From Diplonema japonicum (lineage: Eukaryota; Protista; Euglenozoa: Diplonemea), in NCBI GenBank assembly GCA_964019335.1, contig OZ025675.1, positions 62,001 through 126,000 of the forward strand: DNA of 64,000 bases, read 5' to 3'. Numbering within the stretch: the first letter of the stretch is position 1; the number at the start of each line of letters is the position of its first letter. Shown here in pieces: positions 31,829-41,779 of this stretch. Made by a program: the position numbers and the translations under genes. The notes below the pieces were generated by a model. The model saw only the letters and a program-made list of their open reading frames with translations, was not told where the DNA came from and searched no databases.

Positions 31829-33946
31829 CTAGAGACTTGTGATCGACATTATAGAGTCGAAGGCCCGAACCCTCGCCTCATAAACATTCAGCCCCAAACC
31901 TGTCACAGCAGCCTCCGCATGAAGCTCGAACCGAACACCGTCCATCGCACACAGCTCCTCAGCCACGCTCCCATACAGGCAGAACACATCATCCTTCACT
32001 CCCAATGAGCACAGCGACCCTGCCACATCCACACACCTACCTAAGACTGTCACGAACTTCTGCATTCTCCCCCCGACTGTCCCATGCTTCACCTCACTGT
32101 TCGACAGCCCGATGTGAAGCTTAGCCATCTGCTCTGCAGTCACCCTTTGGAGAGTGACGACGAAGGAGAGGGAGTTCTCGATGTGTGTGGGGCAGGGACG
32201 GGAGGTGTTCCACCCAACAGCAACCCTGCTGCCCTGAACAGAGATGAGGACCCCATGTGACCTCTCAGTGCACATCATCACCTTCGCAAGTGTGTCGTTC
32301 ACAACGAGTGAGGTCTCCGCAGCATCGCACTCATCGGGAAGCCTCATGTCCAGCAGGCCCACGCTTGCTGAGGATGACGACAGAAGCCCTAATTCGTGTG
32401 TGCTGTGCTGTGTTTCCGAAGGCCTCCTGTTGGCTGGCTGGACGAGGCGCCTGTCCCCCCTGCTGAGGAGGAGCTGTGACTCGATGAAAGGTACCCTGCC
32501 AGAGAGAGTGTTAGAAAGAAGGATGAAGGGATGCAAAGGGTCAGACACACCCTTCAGCCTCACCTCACCCATTGGTATCACAACAGCCCTTGACAAGTCT
32601 TCAACCAGATTCATGACCTCCTCAGTGACAGCAACAGCACCTCCAATACAGGCCCCTTCCATCCGAGCCGCCTTGTTCACAGTGTTCCCGAAGTAGTCGT
32701 ACCTGCTTGTCAAGGTGTTCAGCTGCACATCAACCTCACCAAAGTGAACACCGATCCGAACACGAAGCCCACACCAAGGACCGTCCTCATTCCAAGCACA
32801 GTGGTCAAGACTTAGTAATTCCTGTGGCCACACACTTTTCACGAGCCCTTCCTGAACAGACAGGGAAAAGGAGACAGCATCAGAAGGGTCCTCGAAGGCC
32901 ACCATGAAGGAGTCCCCAATGGTCTTCACCTCATAGCCGTTGTGCTCAGAAAGACACTCCCGCATCACATTGTTGTGAACCTTCAGACCCTCCCTCATCC
33001 CCTCAGGGCAGGCCTCCCATGTTGCCGTCGATCCTTGGATGTCGGTGAAGACAAGGACTGATTTTCCTGAGTCGAGACCAGGTGCCGGTACCTCCTTCAA
33101 GTGCTCACCAGAGTGCTGAAGCTCATCAAAAACGGCACCAGGGATGTAAGGGCGGTAGACATGGAGGTTTGACAAGATGTTACTGAAGGCGTTGTGGAGG
33201 GGAGGGGGAAGGGGGGAAGTGTCGAGGTTCTCACGTGCCTTGGTGAGGTCGAAATGAGAGAGGGTCTCGGCGATGTTCTCAGCAGCAAGGATAACATTCT
33301 CCATCTTTTCATGCTCCTCGTAAAGACGGCTGGCGAAACCACGGGTGAAGTAGAAGTCAAGCAGGAAGATGGTACTCTGAGCAACCATGGAGATAGCGGC
33401 AGATGAAAAGAAGCGTTTATTGCATGGGAGGTCCGTGCAGTTGACAGCCTCATGGCGTTCCTCTTGCGAAGGGAGGAAGGAGAAGTCATAAAGCCCGATG
33501 CGGAAGGAGGACTCAATGGCTGTGGTGGCGAACCACAGAAGCAAGGCAATGATGATACACCGTGTGACGCGGGGCTGAAGCCTGATGACGAGAGCTGCGT
33601 CCAGTACAATGACAGCGGACGACCACATTTGCGGAATGTACAACACCAAGGCAAGGTAGTCATTCATAATGATAGAGAGGAAGAAGCCATACAGCAAACT
33701 TTCTGCAACGTGATGCCGTAGCTTCTTTTCATACAGCAGCTGGCCAACCTGAAGAGCCCCCGTTACAAAGCCCGGCCAAGGCATCATGCGGCGCAGGCCT
33801 GAACCGCCTGTGTTTGTTGCTATATAGTATCCGAAAACCAGTAACTCTGCCACCCCAAAGATGAACAACACCTTCTTCTTGAAGAGTGCCTGCGGGTCAT
33901 CACCCTGCCTTCCCACAAGCCTCCGCAGCGTGGTGGAGCAGCTCAT
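31829..33946 (-). CDS. Receptor-type adenylate cyclase, 6-TM type (705 aa)
   Basis: Full motif set. Confidence 0.95.
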   Translation of the reverse strand: MSCSTTLRRLVGRQGDDPQALFKKKVLFIFGVAELLVFGYYIATNTGGSGLRRMMPWPGFVTGALQVGQLLYEKKLRHHVAESLLYGFFLSIIMNDYLALVLYIPQMWSSAVIVLDAALVIRLQPRVTRCIIIALLLWFATTAIESSFRIGLYDFSFLPSQEERHEAVNCTDLPCNKRFFSSAAISMVAQSTIFLLDFYFTRGFASRLYEEHEKMENVILAAENIAETLSHFDLTKARENLDTSPLPPPLHNAFSNILSNLHVYRPYIPGAVFDELQHSGEHLKEVPAPGLDSGKSVLVFTDIQGSTATWEACPEGMREGLKVHNNVMRECLSEHNGYEVKTIGDSFMVAFEDPSDAVSFSLSVQEGLVKSVWPQELLSLDHCAWNEDGPWCGLRVRIGVHFGEVDVQLNTLTSRYDYFGNTVNKAARMEGACIGGAVAVTEEVMNLVEDLSRAVVIPMGEVRLKGVSDPLHPFILLSNTLSGRVPFIESQLLLSRGDRRLVQPANRRPSETQHSTHELGLLSSSSASVGLLDMRLPDECDAAETSLVVNDTLAKVMMCTERSHGVLISVQGSRVAVGWNTSRPCPTHIENSLSFVVTLQRVTAEQMAKLHIGLSNSEVKHGTVGGRMQKFVTVLGRCVDVAGSLCSLGVKDDVFCLYGSVAEELCAMDGVRFELHAEAAVTGLGLNVYEARVRAFDSIMSITSL

Positions 33947-33947
33947 C

Positions 33948-33961
33948 CTGGAAAAAAGAAA
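33948..33961 (-). promoter_or_regulatory. Probable (trans-)splice acceptor
   Basis: Pyrimidine tract ending TTCCAG, then G and the ATG. Confidence 0.55.
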
Positions 33962-34650
33962 TACTGTGAGTGGAGTTGTTTATTTCATTTCTCTCAAAAG
34001 AAATCTGAGGATATCTACTTTAGTATTTGAAATTTATGCCTTCTTTCTGCGTGTTTAGCTGGGCGAGGTTACCTTTCAAACAGGAGAAAGAAAAGAAAAA
34101 AGAAAAAGAGGTATACGAAAAACTGATTCGAAAAGAATTCTCAAGGGGGTGCTCATTGTTCATAAGAACTTTCGTTTAGTGCTTCAGACTGCTCGTTGCA
34201 GTCAGCTTCCATTCCCTTGAGGGTGTCCTCTAGACTTTCTGCCTAAGATCTTAAAGATGAGGAAGAAAAAGCTCGAAGAAAAAAAAGCCTAAGTAGTTCA
34301 ATATTTTGTCATGTATTGTTGAATGAATTGAACCTTATGACTTATGTTTTTGCTTGCTTGCACACCTCTCGGCACAAGTACGCATAATGTAGTAAAATAA
34401 CTTAACATGGTTAACATTTTGAACAAGAAGGGGGAGGTAAAGCGCGCTGCCAAAGCTTTCTTTTTTTTTCTTTTCTCTCTGAAAAAAAAAAAAGAAAATA
34501 AGGAAGGAACGGAAACGGAAAACGTTTCTCTATTTTCTTGGAGCCGTCTCCTTAAGAAGGAAACGCGTTCGGTTTCCCGCTTTCCTACGAAGGAGCTGAA
34601 GAAGTCTCTTAAAGGGGTTTTCTACCCAGACTGGAGACATTCGGGGGGGT

Positions 34651-34945
34651 GGGGGGGGGGTCATAAGGGGGTCGTTTTTTGCCATTTTTCAGTTTCTTCG
34701 CCAAGAGCATTTTGGGCCCTTAAAAAAACTGTAACCACCCCAAAAGTGCCCACAAATCACCCAAACCCCCGTTTCCCGATGGTTTCCGGCCCCAGAAGTG
34801 CCCAGGATCATGTTCTAATTTTTGGGGCCCCCGTTTGGTACTTTCCCTGTGTAATCCTAGGGAACGTAAAAAAGGGCCCACCAAGCGAAAGAGCCATTTT
34901 CTTTTTTTGTTAGTTCTACTTTATCGACCACATATGACCCCCCCC
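34651..34945. mobile_element. MITE family D copy
   Basis: GGGGGGGTCATA...TATGACCCCCC ends; interior nearly identical to 23860-24050. Confidence 0.85.
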
Positions 34946-34958
34946 CCCCCCCCCCCCC

Positions 34959-35146
34959 CAGGGCTATGTTGGCAAGGAAACGCGTTTCCAAAAAAGAAAA
35001 GCCTTTTTTAAAATAAGGAAACGGAAACAGAAACAGTTTTCTCCAGAAGGGAAGACGTTTCCCTCCGGGAAAGAAACAAAAGACGTTTCCTTAAGTATTT
35101 GAAAAATGAGGAAACGGATCCCCCGTTTCTTGCCAACATAGCACCA
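34959..35146. mobile_element. hAT-like MITE family E (GGAAAC/AAACGG-rich)
   Basis: TIRs GCTATGTTGGCAAG / CTTGCCAACATAGC, left end CAGGG, many GGAAAC motifs. Copies at 40869, 62592 and 63031; fragment at 34500-34590. Confidence 0.85.
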
Positions 35147-35372
35147 GGGGGGGGGGGGAGTGAAAATAGTCTTATTTCTAGCGTGACAAAGCCCACAGGG
35201 CAATGAGAAGAAACATAACAAACAAATCAATAGTTATAGTCCTGTACCAGATAGTTACATATCTCAAAAAAAAAAAAGACTTGTTTTTGCTAAACGCGTA
35301 ATGCCGCCTTTTTCCTTTTAAAAGAGGGTCCTGTTGGCCCTTGTTTGTATGTAGACAGGTAAAAAATCTTTG

Positions 35373-35490
35373 CAAAAAACTAGTTTGGCGCTTCATTTTG
35401 TTTGTGCGCACGAGCGGAATTTTACCTAACAAAATAGCTCATTACGCTGCCATCAACTAGTTTTTAGTCTCGACAATAATATTGTTAATA
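35373..35490. repeat. Repeat family A copy
   Basis: Almost identical to 11722-11837, with an empty TTAA site. Confidence 0.85.
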
Positions 35491-35874
35491 CAAAAAATCT
35501 GGAGAAGGGTTTGTAAAACCCGAAAACAAGACCCCGTTCTTGCAAAAAGAAAAGAGAGAATCTCCTGATAAAGCGGCTCTCTCAAAAAGAATTTGAGTTC
35601 GACCGGGAAGAAATGTCAGCAGGTATCTCTCAGTGCTGCAAGAAGGTAACGAAGGGGGTAGAATAGAATATGTGATCTGCCGCCCTTTTCTTTGCTCAAA
35701 TATTCAAACAAAAACTATTTTCTGAAAAAAGGTATTGGGGAGAGAAAGAAAAAAAAAATCCGATGCTCATGGTTCGCTCCGGGAGTACTGGCCTCCTGTC
35801 AGACCCGTGTGTGGTCGGTCCTCCTATACAGCGCAGGGAGGTAGCGGTTGACCTTTCTTTTCCCAGACGAGCTC

Positions 35875-35913
<39 letters not shown>

Positions 35914-36129
35914 ATTTTTAAAAAAAAAGAAGAAAAGAAAGAAATGTTTGCCTACTCTTTTCTAGGTAGTGCTCATTCCCAAAGCGCCGCATCACCAAAT
36001 TAACAAAAATTAAGAAAAAAAAAAGGAAAAAAAAAAACACGCATGCTGCAATATGATAGAGGTGGGAAAAGGATCACAGTGAGAAACTACTAAAAAAAAG
36101 AAAAGAAATGCGAAAAAAAGAAATAGGGA

Positions 36130-36215
36130 AACCAAAAGATTTCTGCGCTTCTCCCGTGCAGTTTGCTGTTCGTCACCCTGAGGGGCATCTAGAGGATGTC
36201 AACAGCGAACAAAAC
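36130..36215 (-). mobile_element. Decayed ribozyme-SINE fragment
   Basis: CGTGCAGTTTGCTGTTCGTCACCCTGAG...GTCAACAGCGAACA matches the P2/J4-2 region; the P3/P1 region is disrupted. Confidence 0.7.
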
Positions 36216-36423
36216 TCGAACCCCTGTAAAATCCAAAGAGCAATTCAAAGGTTTCACCGTGTCGGATAAAAGCAAAAATCAAACAATCTTTTTTAATAAA
36301 TCCTTAACACCTATCCCGAAGTAAGCTCACATGCACTATCGGGGTTAACATAAAAGAAAAGAAGAAACGCGAAAAAAAGGCGATGTTTAAGGGCAAATCC
36401 CACTTGAGGACCACCCTTATAAA

Positions 36424-36525
36424 AAAAAACTAGTTTGGCGCTTCATTTTGTTTGTGCGCACGAGCGGAATTTTACCTAATAAAATAGCTCATTACTCAAC
36501 TAGTTTTTAGTCTCGACAATATTGC
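36424..36525. repeat. Repeat family A copy
   Basis: Same sequence with a short internal deletion. Confidence 0.85.
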
Positions 36526-36734
36526 TGTCTTACTAAACAAAAACAAAAAAAAAAAAAAAAAAAAAAAGAAAACGCCAGAATAGGGATGATAAATATTTCT
36601 TGCAAAACCCAATTCCCAATAATGCAAAATCGAGTCAACTCTTTTTTTTTTTCTTTCTTTTTTTTTTTTTTTTTTGAATTGTCACGTACTCCAGACTAGA
36701 AGAACATGAATGGTTTCTTCTTTATAAAGAGGTA

Positions 36735-36797
36735 AAGGAGGTAAGTGCTGCACAAGAACTGTCAACTAGACAGGAGCGCTCGAGTATAGCTTCTTAA
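36735..36797 (-). mobile_element. Decayed ribozyme-SINE 3' fragment
   Basis: AAAGGAGG...CTGCACAAGAACTGTC...GAGTATAGCTTCTT parallels 5446-5530. Confidence 0.55.
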
Positions 36798-36872
36798 CGA
36801 GCTTGAAAAAAGAAAAAGAAGACACTAAGTTTGAACCCCCTTTCTCAGGGGGAGGGTTTGAAAAAAATAGAC

Positions 36873-37282
36873 TTATATAACTCGAGCCGGGTTTTCAAGG
36901 GTGGGAGTGAAAATAAGATTTGACATGTCACTCCCAGTTTACTTTTGAAATTAGGTGCAACATTATTTCACTCCTCACCTAGGTTTTCTTTTTTTTATAA
37001 TTGGAAGGAAGCCGAAGGTAATGGGGAAAAAGCGAAGGGTACAAAGGCAGCGGCGTCGAAGATCATGAACGCCAGCTTGCCAACGAAAAGCGCCAGCACC
37101 TTACGAAGCAGAGTGGCACCGCTTTTGCTCTTTTCACAACTTCAGAACAAGGCCATGAAGCTTCGGTGTGTAGTGCAGGAACAAATGAAAGAGTATCTGG
37201 CAATGAAATTCAGCGACCCCTACAACATAGTGCGTCAGGCATGTTTTCCCGCACCCTTTCAAACCCGGCTCTTGTTAAATAA
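36873..37282. mobile_element. Probable non-autonomous DNA element with about 35-bp imperfect inverted ends
   Basis: TTATATAACTCGAGCCGGGTTTTCAAGGGTGGGA versus (reverse complement) TTATTTAACAAGAGCCGGGTTTGAAAGGGTGCGGG. GAGTGAAA(A)TAA motifs repeat to about 37685. Confidence 0.55.
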
Positions 37283-37728
37283 AACAACCTATTAGTGAAA
37301 ATAAGAGCATTATTCCACTTGTGGTGGCAGGTTTAACTCGTAGCTTTTTACTTCACGAGCGCAGCGAGTGAAATAATGCTATCTTATTTTCACTTAATAA
37401 ATAGCTTATTTATTGACTAACAAATAATGAGTCATTACGCATGGTTCCTCGGTGCAAAAAAACGGTAACGAGCGTTAAATAATGGCTCATTTGGCGGAAA
37501 GTACGTCGTTATTTCACTCTTCATCTGTTCTTTTTCACGCAGGTCAGCTTTTTTGGTGATTCTCCTAAGGTAATACAGGCCTTTAGGGTTGGAATGATGG
37601 ACAAAAATAGTCAAAATACCCCACCCCCAAAAAGATAACTAGTTGGCCTCCTAGAGTGAAGAAAATGACGAAGAGTGAAATAAAGAAACTAGTTTGACAC
37701 TACTCAAAGGCACCTAGCTTTTAAAAAC

Positions 37729-37854
37729 AGAGTCGGTTGATTGTTATTTGTGCACAGCCGGGGTTAACCTGTAGAAGGATAAGCCCAACAATGCTACCAC
37801 TACTCTTTTTAGCAATAACAATTCATTATCAATATATTGTTTTTCTTTGTTCAT

Positions 37855-37890
<36 letters not shown>
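37729..37890. repeat. Repeat family B full copy
   Basis: About 128-bp unit followed by a long A run; nearly identical to 49211-49345. Confidence 0.85.
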
Positions 37891-37893
<3 letters not shown>

Positions 37894-38392
37894 TTGAAAC
37901 AAAATACCCCACTTTCTTTCGGACCGACCTCCTGAATCTCCTTTCAACGATGCATCGGAACATATCACACCTTGCAACCTAAAATCTTATAGGTTATGGG
38001 CTATAGGTTGAAGAAAAGAAACCCCCCCGAAGCCTACTCCCCGAAATTTAAGTTGCAAGGTTTGTCAATATATCGAGAAATATTCGCATTTCTAGGACTG
38101 GTGTGTCAGGGAACGAGTCAGGCTTTCTTTAATTCTCCCAACATTAACCCTATTACCGCCTAGAAGGAAAGCAAACAGGAATTCTTCTCAGGGGGACCCA
38201 CGAAGCGAAGCGAAATGGGAGGGAAAATTAAGAAAATATTATTAAGAAAAGAAACCCCCGCTTTCTTACACCCCCCCCCTTTGGGTCTCTTGACACATCT
38301 TGTCTTGCCCCCACCTTATTGAGCCTCCCAGGACCAAGGATCTACTCATTCTGGCTATCAGGATTGAACTCTTATTTTGTTGTCAAGCAAGC

Positions 38393-40492
38393 CTACCCTG
38401 CAACCAGTGAGCCGTAAGCCCGTACGCGCGCCTCATACACTCTCAATCCAATGGCGGTAGTGGGGGGGATCTCCAAGTAAGGCACAAACCGAAAACTGTC
38501 CATCGCACACAGCTCCTCAGCCACGCTCCCATACAGGCAGAACACATCATCCTTCACTCCCAATGAGCACAGCGACCCTGCCACATCCACACACCTACCT
38601 AAGACTGTCACGAACTTCTGCTCCCTTCCGACTGTCCCATGCTTCACCTCACTGTTCGACAGCCCGATGTGAAGCTTAGCCATCTGCCCTGCAGTCACCC
38701 TTTGGAGAGTGACGACGAAGGAGAGGGAGTTCTCGATGTGTGTGGGGCAGGGACGGGAGGTGTTCCACCCAACAGCAGCCCTGCTGCCCTGAACAGAGAT
38801 GAGGACCCCATGTGACCTCTCAGTGCACATCATCACCTTCGCAAGTGTTTCGTTAATTAGTTGTGAGGTCTCCGCAGCATTGCACTCATCGGGAAGCCTC
38901 ATGTCCAGCAGGCCCACGCTTGCTGAGGATGACGGCGTCAAAATGAATTGCTGACCCGCGTCTGTGAGGGGGTTAAGCGACCTTTGTTCTGGCAGGACAA
39001 GGCGCCTGTCATCTCTGCTGAGGAGGAGCTGTGACTCGATGAAAGGTGCCCTGCCAGAGAGGGTGTCGGGAAGCAAGATGAAGGGATGCAAAGGGTCAGA
39101 CACACCCCTCAGCCTCACCTCACCCATAGGTATCACAACAACCCTAAACACGAATTCTCCAATCTTCTCCATGACCTCCTCAGTGACAGCAACAGCACCC
39201 CCAACACAGGCCCCTTCCATCCGAGCCGCCTTGTTCACAGTGTTCCCGAAGTAGTCGTACCTGCCTGTCAAGGTGTTCAGCTGCACATCAACCTCACCAA
39301 AGTGAACACCGATCCGAACACGAAGCCCACACCAAGGACCGTCCTCATTCCAAGCACAGTGGTCAAGGTTGAGAAGCTCCTGCGGCCAGATGCTGTTCAC
39401 CAATTCTTCCTGAACAGACAGGGAAAAGGAGACAGCATCAGAAGGGTACCTGAAGGCCACCATGAAGGAGTCCCCAATGGTCTTCACCTCATACCCGTTG
39501 TGCTCAGAAAGACACTCCCGCATCACATTGTTGTGAACCTTCAGACCCTCCCTCATCCCCTCAGGGCAGGCCTCCCATGTTGCCGTCGATCCTTGGATGT
39601 CGGTGAAGACAACAGCCGCCTTCTTTATCTCGAGGCCAGGTGGTAATACCTCCCTCAAGAGTTCACCAGAGTGCTGGAGTTCAGCAAAAACAGCATCAGG
39701 GATGTAAGGGCGGTAGACATGGAGGTTTGACAAGATATTACTGAAGGCATTGTGGAGGGGAGGGGGAAGGGGGGAAGTATCGAGGGCCTCACGTGCCTTT
39801 TTGAGGTCGAAGCGGGAGAGGGTCTCAGCAATGTTCTCAGCAGCAAGGATAACATTCTCCATCTTTTCATGCTCCTTGTAAAGACGGCTGGCGAAACCAC
39901 GGGTGAAGTAGAAGTCAAGCAGGAAGATGGCAAGCTGGCCGAGAAAGGTTGTAATCGCTTCAAGAAGGGGTGTAGGACAAGGAAGGGTATCGCACTCGCA
40001 AAGAACCATTTTGCGCTCTTCTTGCGAAGGGAGGAAGGAAAAATCGTAAAAACCGAGGCGAATGGTGGACTCGAAGGCAGTGGTGAGGAACCAAAGGATG
40101 GTGATGACGATGATGCTCCGTGCAACCCGCGGCTTCAGCTTCATCAGTAGAGACACGTCCAGCAGAACGACGATGGCTGACCACAGCAAGGAGCCACCAT
40201 GCGTAAGCGACACATAGTCGAAGAGTAAGATATCTGTCAGAACCCCATAAAGGAATATCTCCACAACCCCGTACCGAAGCCTCTTCTCAAACAGCAGTTG
40301 GCCCATTTGAGAAATACTCACTGTCAACCCAGGCACCCCCACGTAGGTGCTGAAGTCTGTAGATGTGCCACCTATCATAGTGGTGCCGTTAATTAATATG
40401 ATGGCGGTGCTGAAGAAAAACATCAGCTTCTTCTCGAACAGTACCTGAGCACTGTCATCCGTCTGCCTGAGCAGCCTAGTCAGGCACTTCAT
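38393..40492 (-). CDS. Receptor-type adenylate cyclase, 6-TM type (699 aa from MKCLTR)
   Basis: Full motif set; first ATG after the pyrimidine tract/CAG at 40505-40503. Confidence 0.94.
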   Translation of the reverse strand: MKCLTRLLRQTDDSAQVLFEKKLMFFFSTAIILINGTTMIGGTSTDFSTYVGVPGLTVSISQMGQLLFEKRLRYGVVEIFLYGVLTDILLFDYVSLTHGGSLLWSAIVVLLDVSLLMKLKPRVARSIIVITILWFLTTAFESTIRLGFYDFSFLPSQEERKMVLCECDTLPCPTPLLEAITTFLGQLAIFLLDFYFTRGFASRLYKEHEKMENVILAAENIAETLSRFDLKKAREALDTSPLPPPLHNAFSNILSNLHVYRPYIPDAVFAELQHSGELLREVLPPGLEIKKAAVVFTDIQGSTATWEACPEGMREGLKVHNNVMRECLSEHNGYEVKTIGDSFMVAFRYPSDAVSFSLSVQEELVNSIWPQELLNLDHCAWNEDGPWCGLRVRIGVHFGEVDVQLNTLTGRYDYFGNTVNKAARMEGACVGGAVAVTEEVMEKIGEFVFRVVVIPMGEVRLRGVSDPLHPFILLPDTLSGRAPFIESQLLLSRDDRRLVLPEQRSLNPLTDAGQQFILTPSSSASVGLLDMRLPDECNAAETSQLINETLAKVMMCTERSHGVLISVQGSRAAVGWNTSRPCPTHIENSLSFVVTLQRVTAGQMAKLHIGLSNSEVKHGTVGREQKFVTVLGRCVDVAGSLCSLGVKDDVFCLYGSVAEELCAMDSFRFVPYLEIPPTTAIGLRVYEARVRAYGSLVAG

Positions 40493-40502
40493 CCTTGACC
40501 AC

Positions 40503-40552
40503 CTGAAGTGAGAATGAGAATGCAAAAAGAAAAAAAAAGAAGAAAAAAGAAA
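40503..40552 (-). promoter_or_regulatory. Probable (trans-)splice acceptor
   Basis: Long pyrimidine tract ending ...TTCTCACTTCAG, 10 nt before the ATG. Confidence 0.55.
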
Positions 40553-40774
40553 TGTGAGGTGAAGCCCTACTTGGGCTACATACTACAGAAGAGAGTTTTC
40601 GTATTTTTCTTTCCTTTTATACCATGGAGCTGAATATGCTGTAAAAAAAAAAAAAGATGCAAAAAGAAAATGTCGAAGCAGCGGGTATTCTTTTCGCACG
40701 CTGTACCGAGTTTATCAAATCTTTCTTTTTTTAAACAGTAATCTCTAGCATAAAAGGAATAAAGACAAGTAGGA

Positions 40775-41310
40775 GATAGTTAAATTTCCTCCCAGGCCAC
40801 TTGTAAGGGAAACAGAATGGAAGTGCTGTGAAGGAAACGTGGAAAATATTAGTGTGCCAGGGGGGGGCGGCTATGCTGGCAAGAAACGGGGAAACGTTTC
40901 CGTTTCCATTTCCTTGTTTTTCAGATACATAAAGTCTTTTTCAGAGGAAACGTGTCCGTCTTAAGGAAACGGCCAAAATAAGAAACGCTTCCGTTTCCGT
41001 TTCCTTATTTTCAAAAAAAAGCTTGGAAACGCCAGAATAGCCCTAGGGGGGAGGGTGCCCCAGTTCATCAAGAAACTCAACAACAAAAAGAAGAAAAATT
41101 GTGACCTTTTTATCGAGGGCCACAGACTTCAGAAAATGTTCCTCAGTAAAACCGAAGAAAAAAAGACAAGGCCTTTCTTTTTTTCTTTTTTTGACAATGT
41201 TTCAAAATCAAAACAGTCAAAAAAAAAAAAAGAAAATGAAAACAAGAGATAGTTAAGTTTCATCCCAGGTCACTTGTAGAGAAACAGAAGGAAGTGCTGT
41301 GGAGGAAACG
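40775..41310. repeat. About 65-bp imperfect direct repeat (40775-40840, 41248-41310) bracketing a MITE
   Basis: ATAGTTAA...CCCAGG(C/T)CACTTGTA...GAAACAGAA...GGAAGTGCTGTG(A/G)AGGAAACG occurs twice. Confidence 0.7.
40869..41045. mobile_element. MITE family E copy
   Basis: GGCTATGCTGGCAAGAAACGG...GCCAGAATAGCCCTA. Confidence 0.8.
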
Positions 41311-41779
41311 GAGAAAGGTCAACAAGAGAGGGATCAACGATCTACGATACGTAAATGGAAAAAGAAGCCACTCTTTCTTCTGACTTGAAGCCATGGCACA
41401 TACGAGCACAGCTCTCTCGTGCCTTGGGCTCCCCGCCATAAAAGAAAGAGAACAACAGAAAGCATATGTGAGGGCAACAAAAAAAAAAACCCCCAGTAAA
41501 AAAGGGGGTTGTTTGACAGAACAAATTCTCTCAAACCAGCTAGAGGGAAATTGGGCGAAACCACAAAAAAACGAGAGAAAAAAAGAGTTGGAGTAAGCAT
41601 TTGTTTGTGCACACGGTATAAGTCCTGCTGGGATAAATACTGCATGCTACCACTACTCTTTTTTTCTTTTTTTTTTTCTTTCTTGCTCTTACAAGAAACT
41701 GAAGCAGCAGCACTTTGTTAAATACACAAAAGAAAAAAAAGGGGGGGGGGTGGAAAGTTTGGAATGGAATAGAAAGCGA

